Shown here piece by piece: positions 19,900 through 30,225 of a DNA stretch of 64,000 nt. The first letter of the stretch is position 1; every line of letters starts with the position of its first letter. The notes beneath the pieces were generated by a model that saw only the letters and a program-made list of their open reading frames with translations, made no database searches and was not told where the DNA came from. A program made the position numbers and the translations under genes. Source of the stretch: an uncultured Acidobacteriota bacterium (lineage in GTDB: Bacteria; Acidobacteriota; Terriglobia; UBA7540); the NCBI GenBank assembly GCA_963804995.1, contig CAWDSK010000001.1, forward strand, positions 480,001-544,000, given 5' to 3'.

Positions 19900-22189
19900 G
19901 CACTGCGGTGCGCAGGAATCCATAAACCGGAATCAAGAGAGCGCTTAAGGCGAGCGCCCCCAAGCAGGCGCCCACAAGATCCAGACCATAGAGCACCCCG
20001 GGTGAGCTCTGGCGCCGGCCGTCGCCCGCAAAATACACGCGAGTTGCGAGGAGAAACTGAAAGCCACCCAGCCACCCCGACCCGAGCGCCAGCAGTGGGA
20101 AGAGCATCTGGCTGGCGATCCGTTGCCCTCCCTCGCTGCTCACGCGACCAAGCTCCACGAGCAATCCGTAGAGAAGCAGCGGCGACAGGGCGGCCAGGAT
20201 TTCGAAGGCCGCGAGAAGGCGCAGATCTTTCGAGAGAGGGGATACGCTAGAGCCGGGCACGCGGCGCAATGCGAGGTACGCGCCTCCCGCCATGCCCACC
20301 ATGAAGAGCGCCACCAGCAGAGTGAGCTCGTGGTAAACATATCCGTAAAGCGCCTGGAAGCCCAGAAGGAGCAGGATCTCCAAACCCAACTCGGTGAACC
20401 CCATCGTTGCCACCGCGAACCCTGCGGCCCGCCGCGCGCGCGCCTGGAGCTTTTCTTCCTTGCCTGCGGGCCACAGCCACATCCACGACAGCAGGGCCGC
20501 GAGCGCGAAGGCGGTGGCTCCGAGCACGCTGCCAAATCTCACTTCCGCCAGAGTTTCAATCCAGCGCCCCGAGGTGCGGTGGAAGCGCGAACTCCACAGC
20601 GCCACATCGAAGTAATAGGCCACCGGGGCAAAGTCACGATTGACCGGAGTGTTTGGCTGGGGCGTGATTTGGAGCTCGAGGTCCAGCCTGCGGTCCGGCG
20701 ACATTCGATAGGGCAGGAAGTATTCCCGCACATATTCCGTGTGCAGCCCCCGCTCCCGCAGGCGGCGCACAAGCTCTTGGGGATCAGTGACCAAGGTTCC
20801 CGTTTTATTTGCCGCGAAAAAATGCACAGTCTCACCCGGAATTGCCGTCACCTCCGGGAAGACCGAGCGCAGGGTGCGATTGAGGCAGCGCAGGAAATCC
20901 GCCAATTCCGCGTTGATGTAGTTTTCCGAGGAGGTAACCTGGAAAGAAACGATGCCGCCCGGGTTCAATTTCGCGGCCGCCTCGCGAAAGAACTCTTCCG
21001 TGTAGAAACGATTGAGCTGCGCGTTGTGCGGATCAGGCAGATTCACGATGATGACGTTGAAGGAGTCCGTGGTACTTTTCAGGAAACGCCGGCCGTCCAT
21101 GGCGTGGACCCGCACGCGCGGATCACGCCGGATTTTCTCCCACGCATCCGGAAAATATTGCGCCGCGATATCAAAGATCATCGGGTCGAGTTCGACGTAA
21201 TCGACGCGCTCGAGACTGGGATGCGTAAGGGCCTCAGCCACGCTTCCATTCACGCCGCCACCGATCAGCAGCAGGCTGCGGGGAGCGGGGTGCTCAAGCA
21301 GCGCATAATGCACCGCTTCTTCTGCCGCGGCGGGATCGGGTACGGTCATTACAATCAATCCGTTTTCGAACAGGCTGCGGCTCGCGCCCGTTCCCACCAC
21401 CGCCAAACTGCCGTACAAGGAATTCCGTGTCGTGACCAGATGGAAGCCGCGCCACAGCATTCGGAGCGAAAGTGGCTCAAGCGCGTAGCTCCCTGCCACT
21501 ACGAGCCCCGCCAGCGCCGCGAAGCGTGCTGCCAGAAGTCCGCGCTTGCCACTCGCAGCGGAGAGAAGTACCCCGGCGGCGGCGAGATTCAGCACGCCCA
21601 GCAGCGCCGCAATTTCGAAGGGGGTGAGCAGCCGCACCAGCGCCAGACCGGCCAGCACTCCGCCCAACCCGGAGCCCGCCGCTTCGAGCAGATAGACCGC
21701 GCCGGTGGCCGTCGCAGTCGTCGAGCCGGTCAGGTCCGAAAACCAGCGGCTGCCGGCGGCGAACAGCCCTCCGGAAATTACGCAGAATACGCTGAGTGTC
21801 GCGAAGGAGGTCACGAACATCGGCACGGGCCCCAGGATTTCACCAGGGACAGGCTGGAAAAAGACCTTGCTCGCCCGCACCGCCAGCAGGGTCAGCGGCA
21901 GCACAAAAGCCGTGAGTGTTTGGAGTCCCGCTAGGAATTTTCGCGGATCGCTGGCGCGCCTCGCCCAACGTCCCAACAGGCTCGAGCCGAGGGCGGTCCA
22001 GAGCAGCCAGTTTGCCAGCACTACTCCCAGGGCGAGTTCGTTGCCATAGAACACGACCAGCAACTCACGCATCAGGACGACTTGGGCGATGACGGCCGTA
22101 AAACCAATCAGCGACAAAATGACTCGCGGGGTCCACGTCACGTTTGGCGCGCGCCAAGACTGGCTTTGGAAGTTCGTTTGCTGCACCAT
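19814..22189 (-). CDS. Polytopic membrane protein fused to a spermidine-synthase-like domain
   Basis: AQVVLMREL..FYGNEL TM block; LLIGGGVNG, VDYVELDP, DGRRFL, IIVNLPDP, RFYTEEFF, VNRDFAP; C-terminal TM block ending LYGLDLVGA.LG. Confidence 0.88.
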   Translation of the reverse strand: MVQQTNFQSQSWRAPNVTWTPRVILSLIGFTAVIAQVVLMRELLVVFYGNELALGVVLANWLLWTALGSSLLGRWARRASDPRKFLAGLQTLTAFVLPLTLLAVRASKVFFQPVPGEILGPVPMFVTSFATLSVFCVISGGLFAAGSRWFSDLTGSTTATATGAVYLLEAAGSGLGGVLAGLALVRLLTPFEIAALLGVLNLAAAGVLLSAASGKRGLLAARFAALAGLVVAGSYALEPLSLRMLWRGFHLVTTRNSLYGSLAVVGTGASRSLFENGLIVMTVPDPAAAEEAVHYALLEHPAPRSLLLIGGGVNGSVAEALTHPSLERVDYVELDPMIFDIAAQYFPDAWEKIRRDPRVRVHAMDGRRFLKSTTDSFNVIIVNLPDPHNAQLNRFYTEEFFREAAAKLNPGGIVSFQVTSSENYINAELADFLRCLNRTLRSVFPEVTAIPGETVHFFAANKTGTLVTDPQELVRRLRERGLHTEYVREYFLPYRMSPDRRLDLELQITPQPNTPVNRDFAPVAYYFDVALWSSRFHRTSGRWIETLAEVRFGSVLGATAFALAALLSWMWLWPAGKEEKLQARARRAAGFAVATMGFTELGLEILLLLGFQALYGYVYHELTLLVALFMVGMAGGAYLALRRVPGSSVSPLSKDLRLLAAFEILAALSPLLLYGLLVELGRVSSEGGQRIASQMLFPLLALGSGWLGGFQFLLATRVYFAGDGRRQSSPGVLYGLDLVGACLGALALSALLIPVYGFLRTAVLMAVVNLAPTVLVAVTLVAAAGRERLAD

Positions 22190-22269
22190 ATCTGTTGGTC
22201 GAAAGGCAATACGGTTGCCAATTCACCAGATTGCTCAGATTAAGTGAATTCGCGCCAAAGGGAAACGAG

Positions 22270-23278
22270 GATGGCCCCCACTCCTGGACCGCTGTTAAAT
22301 CCAGAACCCGACTCTGCCAGCCGGCGCGAGATGCTTGTGAAGCTCCTGCGCGCCGGGGGCTTAAGTACTGCAAGCGTGGCCGCCGCGCTGTGGCTCCGCG
22401 GACGCAGTCGGAGGCCGGAAGAGGAAGTTGCGCTCACGCTGAACCGAAGTTTCGTAGTGCCCGCCGACGCCCAATATCCAGAAATAGTTGTGGCCCAAGG
22501 AGAAGACCCTCGCGCGCTGGTTCGGAAGGCGCTGGAGGGGCTGGGTGGCGTGCGGCGCTTCATTGGGCGGGGTGACGTGGTGGTGATTAAGCCCAATATT
22601 GCGTGGGATCGCACTCCTGAGCAAGCCGCCAACACCAATCCCCTGGCGGTGGCGGAAATGGTGCGGCAGTGCCTGGAGGCGGGCGCGAAGAAAGTGATCG
22701 TCACGGACGTAAGTTGCAATGATCCCCGCCGGTGCTTCCAGCGCAGCGGTATTGCTAGTGCGGCCAGCGCGGAGGGGGCGGAAATCGTGCTCCCCGAAGA
22801 AAGCCTGTTCCGTGAGGTCAACCTGCGCGGCGACGTTCTGGGTGAGTGGCCGGTGCTCGAGCCTTTCATCGCCGCCGACAAGATGATCAACTTTCCCGTT
22901 GCCAAGTCTCACAGCCTGACGGGCGTTTCGCTGGGGATGAAGAATTGGTATGGGATTTTGGGCGGCGCGCGCAACCGGCTGCATCAACGCATCCACGAAA
23001 GCCTGGCGGATCTCGCCGACGTCATGCGCCCCACGTTGACCTTGATGGATGCTTATCGCGTGCTCATCCGCAACGGCCCCACCGGGGGTAGCCTTTCCGA
23101 CGTCCTCCTGAAAAAGACACTCGTGGCGGCAACCGACCCCGTGGCTCTTGACGCCTATGTGGCCAAGGCTTACTGGGACCTTGATTCCAGCCAGTTACAC
23201 TATTTGCAGCTTGCGCAGGAACGCGGCCTGGGGAAACTCGATTTCGGAAAGGTCCGCACGCAAGTTGTCACAGTGTAA
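22270..23278 (+). CDS. DUF362-domain protein with twin-arginine-like leader
   Basis: SRREMLV; GLGGVRRFI..GDVVVIKPNIAWDRTPEQAANTNP, INFPVAKSH, GMKNWYG, DPVALD. Confidence 0.9.
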
Positions 23279-23539
23279 TTGAGAAATCCCCCGAGGGAGT
23301 GCCGCGGAACTGGTGAATAAACCAGCGCAGCCCACACAACCTAACCATTGCGCGGACACAGGGCGCCAAAGGGTTTTTGCGTGCCCCCTCTGTGTCTTTG
23401 GCTAAGTCTATTGATTGCCTTTACTTACGGGCAGTAATGGGGTGGACATCAGCTTTGTCAGATCGCGCGTTGCCGCTTCCTAACTGAGCCTGGCGGAACA
23501 GGGCGAATCGGAAGTATGAACGCCTTGGGCTGGCGTGAC

Positions 23540-24937
23540 TTAGGGGAGATTCCTTTGCAGCGCCGCGACGGTCCGCTCGGCTCGGGCAATTTGGCGCGCT
23601 ACCTGCCTTGGAGCGGTTCCGCCGGTTACGTTGCGCCGGGCGACGGAACGTTCTGGCGAGATGGCCACAGCGCGCAGTTTCGAATCCCAGGTGGGGAGGA
23701 AACTGGCGGCCTCGGCCGGTGCCAAATCCTTGAAGGTCTTCCCTTGCGCCACGCAATGCCGAACCAGTTTCCCCACTTGCTCGTGGGCTTCGGCAAAGGG
23801 CACACCGCGCCCCACCAATTCGTCGGCGAGATCGGTGGCCGTCAAGTAGCCGAGCTGGGTCATGGCCTGCATGCGCTCGGGATGGATGCGCATAGTGGCG
23901 GCGACGCGTCCCGCGATGACCAGGGCCTCAAGCGTCGTGTCCACGCCGGAGAACAGTGCCGCCTTGTCTTCCTGCAGGTCACGATTATAGGCAAGCGGCA
24001 GGCCCTTCATCACCGCCAGTATTCCGGTAAGTTTGCCGATAAGCGTTCCCGCCCGGCCGCGAATAAGCTCCAGCGAATCGGGATTCTTCTTCTGCGGCAT
24101 CAGGCTGCTGCCGGTGGAATAGGTGTCAGCCAGTTCCAGGTAGCCGAATCCCGGCGAAGAGTAAATGATGCGATCTTCCGCCCAGCGGCTCAGGTGAACC
24201 ATACATAATGCGCAAACGAAAAGCAGTTCTGCCACACTGTCGCGGTCAGAGGTCACGTCCACGCTGTTGGCGGCGACGCGTGCAAATCCCAGGTCGCGCC
24301 CCAGGCGTTCGCGATTAATCGCAAAGGTGGTTCCCGCCAGAGCGCCCGCGCCCATGGGAAGCTCGTCAGCGTGCGCGCGGCACTCCTCCAAGCGAGTCAC
24401 GTCGCGATGGAACATCTCAAAATAGGCAAGCAGGTAATGCGAAAAAAGGATAGGCTGCGCCGGCTGCAGGTGCGTGTATCCGGGCAGAATCAATTGGATA
24501 TTCCGCCGGGCTTGCATGACCACCGCGGCCAGCATTTCGACCAGCGCGCGCTGGAGTTCGAGAGACGCGTCCTTCACGTACAGCCGCATCTCAGTCGCTA
24601 CCAGATCATTCCGGCTGCGGCCGGTGCGCAACTTGCGTGCTACGTCGCCCACTTGCCGCTCGAGCTCGGCTTCGACCCAGGTGTGGACGTCCTCGGCAAC
24701 CTGCCCGTGGGCCCAGCGGGGATTACGCTCGACTTTGCGCCGCAGCGTTTCCAATCCCGCGGAGAGGCGCCCGACTTCCCGGGGTTTCAGGACGCGCGCC
24801 CGCCCCAGCGCCTTTACGTAGGCCAGGTTGACGCGCAGGTCGTAGAGGACGAAGCGCTGGTCGAGCGAAAAGGATTCGGAAAACTTTTCGAATTCCGGGT
24901 CGCGTTGGCCGCTGAAACGTCCGCCCCAAAGCTTCAT
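23540..24937 (-). CDS. argH: Argininosuccinate lyase
   Basis: KLWGGRF, EDVH, GRSRND, PGYTHLQ, STGSSLMPQKKNPD, AYNRDLQEDK. Confidence 0.97.
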   Translation of the reverse strand: MKLWGGRFSGQRDPEFEKFSESFSLDQRFVLYDLRVNLAYVKALGRARVLKPREVGRLSAGLETLRRKVERNPRWAHGQVAEDVHTWVEAELERQVGDVARKLRTGRSRNDLVATEMRLYVKDASLELQRALVEMLAAVVMQARRNIQLILPGYTHLQPAQPILFSHYLLAYFEMFHRDVTRLEECRAHADELPMGAGALAGTTFAINRERLGRDLGFARVAANSVDVTSDRDSVAELLFVCALCMVHLSRWAEDRIIYSSPGFGYLELADTYSTGSSLMPQKKNPDSLELIRGRAGTLIGKLTGILAVMKGLPLAYNRDLQEDKAALFSGVDTTLEALVIAGRVAATMRIHPERMQAMTQLGYLTATDLADELVGRGVPFAEAHEQVGKLVRHCVAQGKTFKDLAPAEAASFLPTWDSKLRAVAISPERSVARRNVTGGTAPRQVARQIARAERTVAALQRNLP

Positions 24938-26184
24938 CCCGCTTTCCTCCGGGAAGGTTTTGCTTTCCCCTGGGCGCGCTTGGCGAAAGCCAGCCGCAGC
25001 GGCAGGCCCAGAATGTTGATGAACCCTTCGGCGTCTTTCTGGTTGTAGTCTGAGCCCATCACGAAGCTGCCGATACTGGTGTCGTATAGAGAATAGGGAG
25101 ACTCGCGGTCCAGCACCCGCACGTTGCCACGGTAAAGCCCCAGCGTCACCTTGCCGGTCACGGTCGGTTGCGTAGCCTCCACAAAGGCATCAAGAGCCTC
25201 GCGCAGCGGCGTGAACCACTGGCCGTTATACACGAGCTCAGCATATCGCAATGCGATATGTTGTTTGTAGTGCAGCGTCTCACGGTCGAGGCACAGAGCT
25301 TCCATTTCCTGGTGCGCGGCGTAAATCAGGGTGCCGGCCGGCGTCTCGTAAGCGCCATGCGACTTGATTCCCACCAGGCGGTTTTCCACCAGGTCCGTAC
25401 GTCCCACGCCGTAATGCCCCCCGATCTCATTCAACTTTTCGACGAGCCTGACAGGGTTCATCCGCCGCCCGTTCACCGAGACCGGCACGCCTGCCTCAAA
25501 GCCGATCTCGACCGTCCCTTCCTTCTCCGGCGCATGCTGGGGGCTCCGAGTAAGCTTCCAGGCGTCATCGGGCGGCTCGCCTAAATGGGTTTCAAGCGGC
25601 CCCCCTTCGTGGCTCAGGTGCCACAGATTCTGGTCGCGGCTGTAAAGGTCCTGCTTGGTAACCGAGACCGGCACGCCGTGGGCCTCAGCGTAATCCACCG
25701 CGTCTTCACGCGACTTGATGGACCACTCCCGCCAGGGGGCGATGACGCGCAGGTGCGGGGCCAGCGCCTTGTATGCGAGCTCGAAACGGACCTGGTCGTT
25801 GCCCTTGCCCGTGCAGCCGTGCGCAAGCGCATCCGCACCCTGCTCAAGCGCCACCCGGACCTGCGCCTTGGCGAGTACCGGCCGGGCAAGTGCGGTTCCC
25901 AAAAGATATTTGCCTTCATACACGGTGCCCGCCCGAACGGCTTTCCACAGGTAACCGGTTACGAATTCCTCCCGCAGGTCCTCAACGAAAACTTTGGAGG
26001 CGCCGCTTGCCAAAGCCTTGCGACGCACGGCCACGTAATCATCGCCCTGGCCGACGTTTCCAACCATGGCGATAACTTCGCATTCGTAATTCTCTCGTAA
26101 CCAGGGAATGATGATGGAGGTATCAAGCCCTCCCGAATAGGCCAGAACTACGCGTTTGACAGGTGCTAAAGAGAATACGTCCAT
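24934..26184 (-). CDS. argG: Argininosuccinate synthase
   Basis: VLAYSGGLDTS, HGCTGKGNDQVRFE, ENRLVGIKS.G.YETP. Confidence 0.97.
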   Translation of the reverse strand: MDVFSLAPVKRVVLAYSGGLDTSIIIPWLRENYECEVIAMVGNVGQGDDYVAVRRKALASGASKVFVEDLREEFVTGYLWKAVRAGTVYEGKYLLGTALARPVLAKAQVRVALEQGADALAHGCTGKGNDQVRFELAYKALAPHLRVIAPWREWSIKSREDAVDYAEAHGVPVSVTKQDLYSRDQNLWHLSHEGGPLETHLGEPPDDAWKLTRSPQHAPEKEGTVEIGFEAGVPVSVNGRRMNPVRLVEKLNEIGGHYGVGRTDLVENRLVGIKSHGAYETPAGTLIYAAHQEMEALCLDRETLHYKQHIALRYAELVYNGQWFTPLREALDAFVEATQPTVTGKVTLGLYRGNVRVLDRESPYSLYDTSIGSFVMGSDYNQKDAEGFINILGLPLRLAFAKRAQGKAKPSRRKAG

Positions 26185-26256
26185 GGGGTTGAGTCTTGAT
26201 TTCCTTTCTATTGGGGATTATCGGAATCCAAAGATCCTGCCGCGCCGGGTGCGAAC

Positions 26257-26372
26257 CTTTGGAGTGCGGGAGCTTGGTCCCGCTTTTGCCACCGCTGACT
26301 CGTCAGCGGTCTGTGTATCGCCGCATCGAGTTGCGGCGAGGGAAAGCGGCGACGAGTCGCCGCACTCCAAAG
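26257..26372. repeat. TTGGAGTGCG...CGCACTCCAA REP doublet
   Basis: Inverted ends with internal hairpins; same family as 2627-2717 and 26991-27104. Confidence 0.8.
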
Positions 26373-26384
26373 AGCCGCTGCCCC

Positions 26385-26831
26385 TCAAGCCGCCACGAGC
26401 GCCAGGATTTTCCTGCGAATCTGGGCAGCCTGGCGAGAGCCGGGTGTGGCGATAAAGATAGTGTCGTCGCCGGCCACGGTTCCCACTACTCCTTCCCAAG
26501 GCTCAGCGTCCAAGGCTGCCGCCACGGAGTGAGCGTTGCCCGGCCGGGTCTTGAGGACCACCAGGTTTGCCGCCTGGCGAGCCTCGGTCAGGAATTCCTT
26601 CAGCACGATGGGGAGCGCCGGCTGGGGGGGCACGATCGGCTCTGCGGCTTCCGGCAGACGGTAACCGCGGCGTGTCTTGACCAGGCCCAGTTCCTCGATG
26701 TCGCGCGAGACCGTAGCCTGGGTGACATGGATGCCCCGGTGCGCCAGCTTACGGCGCAGGTCGTCCTGCGTCGCGACGGCTTCGCTGCGCAGGAGGTCCA
26801 GGATCTGCGTTCGTCGGTAGACATTGTCCAT
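26385..26831 (-). CDS. argR: Arginine repressor
   Basis: TQDDL..L..GI.VTQATVSRDIEELGLVK; LKTRPGNA; GTVAGDDTIF. Confidence 0.96.
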   Translation of the reverse strand: MDNVYRRTQILDLLRSEAVATQDDLRRKLAHRGIHVTQATVSRDIEELGLVKTRRGYRLPEAAEPIVPPQPALPIVLKEFLTEARQAANLVVLKTRPGNAHSVAAALDAEPWEGVVGTVAGDDTIFIATPGSRQAAQIRRKILALVAA

Positions 26832-26865
26832 GCAAGTTTATGCAGACCATTTATAAATATACCAC
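26829..26865 (-). promoter_or_regulatory. Probable tandem ARG boxes overlapping the argR start
   Basis: Minus strand reads GGTATATTTATAAAT..TGCATAAACTTGCATG, matching the TGCAT-N4-ATGCA palindrome, in an AT-rich patch. Confidence 0.65.
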
Positions 26866-26990
26866 AGCTGGGTGGGGGTCGCAAGCGGGGATCGGCTGGC
26901 TGGCGCCCCGACCAGTCGGGGCGATTCACGTGGCTGAGCATGCCCTCCGGGACGCATACATAAAGAGCGATGTATGCGCCACCCGTGCAG

Positions 26991-27104
26991 GCGCCTTGGA
27001 CTGCGGTAGCAGCAGCTACCGCCCTTCTTCCCACACGCCTTGCCAATTTGCCGTATGGACCGGAGGCGGAAGGCGGTAGCTGCTGCTACCGCAGTCCAAG
27101 GCGC
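26991..27104. repeat. GCGCCTTGGACTGCGGTAGCAGCAGCTACCGCC REP doublet
   Basis: Perfect inverted pair of about 33 bp, each arm with its own hairpin. Confidence 0.85.
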
Positions 27105-27177
27105 TGCGCGCATCACGCTTCGGAAGCGCGGGCCGAAGATCCCGGCCCGCGCCGCCATCACGAAAGGAGGGTACAGC

Positions 27178-27876
27178 CTAGAAGTGCGGCATTTCCGGCA
27201 TCTTCTGGGGCTCACCCTTGATGTGGGAGGTTTCGTTGGTCAGGGCTCTCTTCAGCACCATGGTCACATCGGCGTTAACCATTTTTACCAGGGCATACGG
27301 TGTAACGTCGGTGGAGACCCACATGTCGGCGGGGCCGTTCCTTTCCTGCTTACGATAATGTTGGCAGGAAAAAGTGCCAGCGGGAACCGTGACCGATTCC
27401 GTCCCCACCAATTCGCCCATGTCGGCCTTACCCGCGCCAGTGGACGGCTGAGGCTGATGTTGTTTCATCATCCCCATCATGATGCCGCTCATTTCCATGG
27501 GAGGACGCCCAGGAGTTTGGACGATCATGCGCTTGATACCCATTTGCGGACCCTCGGTGACCATCAATATCTTGTTAACCATCTCACCGCCCATCTCGGC
27601 GCTGGTCATTCGCTGCTCCATCCACAAGCCGTCGGCGCCATCAACTTTTTCCTTGCTCAGGATGACCGTAGCCATGTCCGCGTCCATTTCCTTGCCATTC
27701 TTCTTGGTGGTCATTTGATATTCCGCGCCGGAGCCCTCCACCGGATTGCGCAGGCCGGGCATTTGGGGCATGCTGCCCATCGTGCCCATGCCACCACCCG
27801 GACGCTGCGCCCACGCGCCCGCTAAGGCCACCAGCACTAAAGCTAATACCGCCACTGCCCTCTTTAAGCTGCTCAT
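27178..27876 (-). CDS. Exported Met-rich hypothetical protein (DUF4412/DUF3108-like)
   Basis: Signal peptide MSSLKRAVAVLALVLVALAGAWAQ; GTESVTVPAGTFSCQHY motif. Confidence 0.75.
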   Translation of the reverse strand: MSSLKRAVAVLALVLVALAGAWAQRPGGGMGTMGSMPQMPGLRNPVEGSGAEYQMTTKKNGKEMDADMATVILSKEKVDGADGLWMEQRMTSAEMGGEMVNKILMVTEGPQMGIKRMIVQTPGRPPMEMSGIMMGMMKQHQPQPSTGAGKADMGELVGTESVTVPAGTFSCQHYRKQERNGPADMWVSTDVTPYALVKMVNADVTMVLKRALTNETSHIKGEPQKMPEMPHF

Positions 27877-28117
27877 AAATTCATCCCTCCCGTTTTTGGA
27901 TGGCCCGTGAGCGATGCTGCTGAGCCTCAGGCCGGAGATAAGATTCCCGCGATCGAGCGACCACGCTGATATCACTTATGCCTTTGTGCGACCAGTATCT
28001 GGCGCAGAGTATAGCAGAAAACCTGCGCGGATGTGGAAGCAGGGATCTGGTGCCAAGCTGCATTAATAAGCGACACTATTCATGGCCTTCGGCAGGGCGG
28101 GGCGGCAGTAGGCGGGA

Positions 28118-28246
28118 GAAGGTGTGAAGAAATAGTATTCTTACCGCCGAGGCGCTGAGACGCAGAGAAAAGGACCTTTATATTCATTCCTCTGCGCCTC
28201 AGCGTCTCTGCGGTAAGAAGGTTCTAGACGATTTTTTCACAGCTTC
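28118..28246. mobile_element. 129-bp MITE-like element (GAAGGTGTGAA...TTCACAGCTTC)
   Basis: Terminal IRs and a long central hairpin TTACCGC..AGGCGCTGAGACGCAGAG / CTCTGCGCCTCAGCGTCTCTGCGGTAA. Confidence 0.7.
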
Positions 28247-28414
28247 GGAGGCGTGCATGCGCAGCGTTCGGTGCGATCCGCCGGGGCTTCCTGTATACTC
28301 AGCAAGAGTCGCGCGTCAAAAATGGAAAATCCGCGGGCCATCTTCAAAATCTGTTCGCCATCCGATCGGGGCGGCCGCCCTCGCACGAACCACCAGAGAT
28401 GGGTCCGAGGGGCG

Positions 28415-29515
28415 ATGGCGCGCTCCTGCCCGACCGTGGCGCTGACGGCCGCGATGGCGGCAGCTTGTGCACTCCTTGCCTGGCTTGGGCGGGGATACCT
28501 CACTTCCGTCTCGGCCAATGGCGACAACGGAATCTATGCCTTCATTGCCGAGGCCATTCGGGCGGGGCGCCTTGCCGAAATGGGGACGGTGAAACTGTTT
28601 TGGGGACTGCCCTATGCAGTGGCGCTTGCCGGCCTCCTCCTGCACCTGGACACCTATCCGGCGATCGCGATCATCTCAGTTCTGTCCACGCTGGCAACGG
28701 CTGGCCTCGCGTCGGTCCTATGGTCCAGGCGGGTCGCTGCGCTCTTTGTGGTCACCAACTACACCTCCCTTCAATTTGGAGTCTTCGGTGGGGCTGAGAG
28801 TCTGTTTATGGCCCTGGTTTTTTCCTCCTTTTTGCTAGCGCGCCGGGGTTACTGGGGGTGGGCAGCCGTCGCCGCCGCCGCGGCAACCACGGTGCGGCCA
28901 CTGGGGTGTTTCGCGCTCCTGGCCTACGTGGGGTGCCTCGTCCACCAGCGACGTTACAAATCCGCCCTCACCGTTACCGCATGCGGATTGGTGGTGTTCA
29001 TTCTCTACGGCCTTCCCCTCTATTCTCAGCTTGGGGACGCTTTTGCGAATCTGCACGGTTACCAAGCGGCGGATTGGAACCACGGATGGCCCATCGGTCT
29101 TCCCTTCGTGGCAATTGTCGAGAACTTTAGAAACCGGCAGCATATCGCCGGTTCGGCCATGCTGGCCTCAAAATCCGCGTATGTCGCCGCGCACGTCCTC
29201 CTGCTGACGGGGGCTCTGGTAATACGGAAACGCCGGATGCGTATCTTCCAACGGCCGCAGGAGGGCTGGTTCGTTTGCCTCTACTCGGTCTTTCTGATTC
29301 TCTATAACGCTCCGGATTGGGCGCTCTCCATCTATCCGCGCCTGTTATTGCCAATTTCACCCATGCTGCTTGATGCTTACCGGTCCAAACTCCCCAAAAA
29401 CCGCGGCCTTCTCCTGGCTTTGGGGCTGCTTACCATTTTTTTTGCCTGGGGCGCGAATCTCAGATTTAATCCGGGGTTGATGCTTTCGGGATTTACCAAA
29501 CTCCTCAGCCCATAA
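28415..29515 (+). CDS. Polytopic membrane protein, probable GT-C mannosyltransferase-like
   Basis: GDN..Y, FWGLPY, GGAESLF.AL, VRPLG, YPR; about 10 TM segments; start uncertain. Confidence 0.7.
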   Translation: MARSCPTVALTAAMAAACALLAWLGRGYLTSVSANGDNGIYAFIAEAIRAGRLAEMGTVKLFWGLPYAVALAGLLLHLDTYPAIAIISVLSTLATAGLASVLWSRRVAALFVVTNYTSLQFGVFGGAESLFMALVFSSFLLARRGYWGWAAVAAAAATTVRPLGCFALLAYVGCLVHQRRYKSALTVTACGLVVFILYGLPLYSQLGDAFANLHGYQAADWNHGWPIGLPFVAIVENFRNRQHIAGSAMLASKSAYVAAHVLLLTGALVIRKRRMRIFQRPQEGWFVCLYSVFLILYNAPDWALSIYPRLLLPISPMLLDAYRSKLPKNRGLLLALGLLTIFFAWGANLRFNPGLMLSGFTKLLSP

Positions 29516-29557
29516 CCGAGTCCGGATCCCAGCACGCAGAGGCAGATAACGACAGTC

Positions 29558-29670
29558 AGTATTTTTACCGCGGAGGCGCTGAGGCGCAGAGAAAAGGACC
29601 TTTATTTTCATTCCTCTGCGCCTCAGTGTCTCTGCGGTAAGGAGGTTTTAGACGATTTTTTCACACCTTC
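29558..29670. repeat. Second, 5'-truncated direct copy of the 28118 MITE
   Basis: Near-identical to about 28135-28246 and ends in TTTTTTCACACCTTC. Confidence 0.85.
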
Positions 29671-29789
29671 CTCACGCCGTGGGCTACGCTCTTTCGTCCC
29701 GATGCATCGGGACTGACTTCATCTGCGAACTTTGGAGACACAACACTCGCGGTGGTTGGAGATTCAGGTTAAGAAAGTGGGAGGGGCGC

Positions 29790-30131
29790 TTATTCGCCAT
29801 GGCCCCCGTAGGTCATGAGCTGCTCTTTCTTGAATTCTTCCCACTGGGCGGGCTGGTACTGGTCCTTGGGGATGAAAACTTTGTGGAGAAAGGCGATACC
29901 TAGTTTGGCTTCGTCGATTTCCGCGTCCTTTTGGGGGAGGTAATCGAAAACGCTGCGGTTAGCGCCGTAATAGGCGCATAGCCACATACCTTCGGGGTTC
30001 TCCACGGCGTAGAGAGCACACACCAAAGGCAGGGGACGAGTCGCGTCCACGGAAACCTTCACCACCGAATCGATGATCTTGCCGGCGACTCGCGGGGCAG
30101 CCGCGGTCTGGGAAGCAGGTGTAGTGGCCAT
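29790..30131 (-). CDS. Hypothetical protein
   Basis: 113-aa ORF with a GAGGA RBS upstream; family not recognised. Confidence 0.7.
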   Translation of the reverse strand: MATTPASQTAAAPRVAGKIIDSVVKVSVDATRPLPLVCALYAVENPEGMWLCAYYGANRSVFDYLPQKDAEIDEAKLGIAFLHKVFIPKDQYQPAQWEEFKKEQLMTYGGHGE

Positions 30132-30225
30132 ATATCCTCACGCTCAGATTGCGGAGTCACGCCAAACCAGGATTCCGCTCCGTTCCCAGGAAACATACCT
30201 CGGGTTTTGGAAGCGCGTCAATAAG

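Noticed and set aside
20123..21934. 603-aa plus-strand ORF
   Set aside because: Antisense shadow of the spermidine-synthase-like gene, with no motifs
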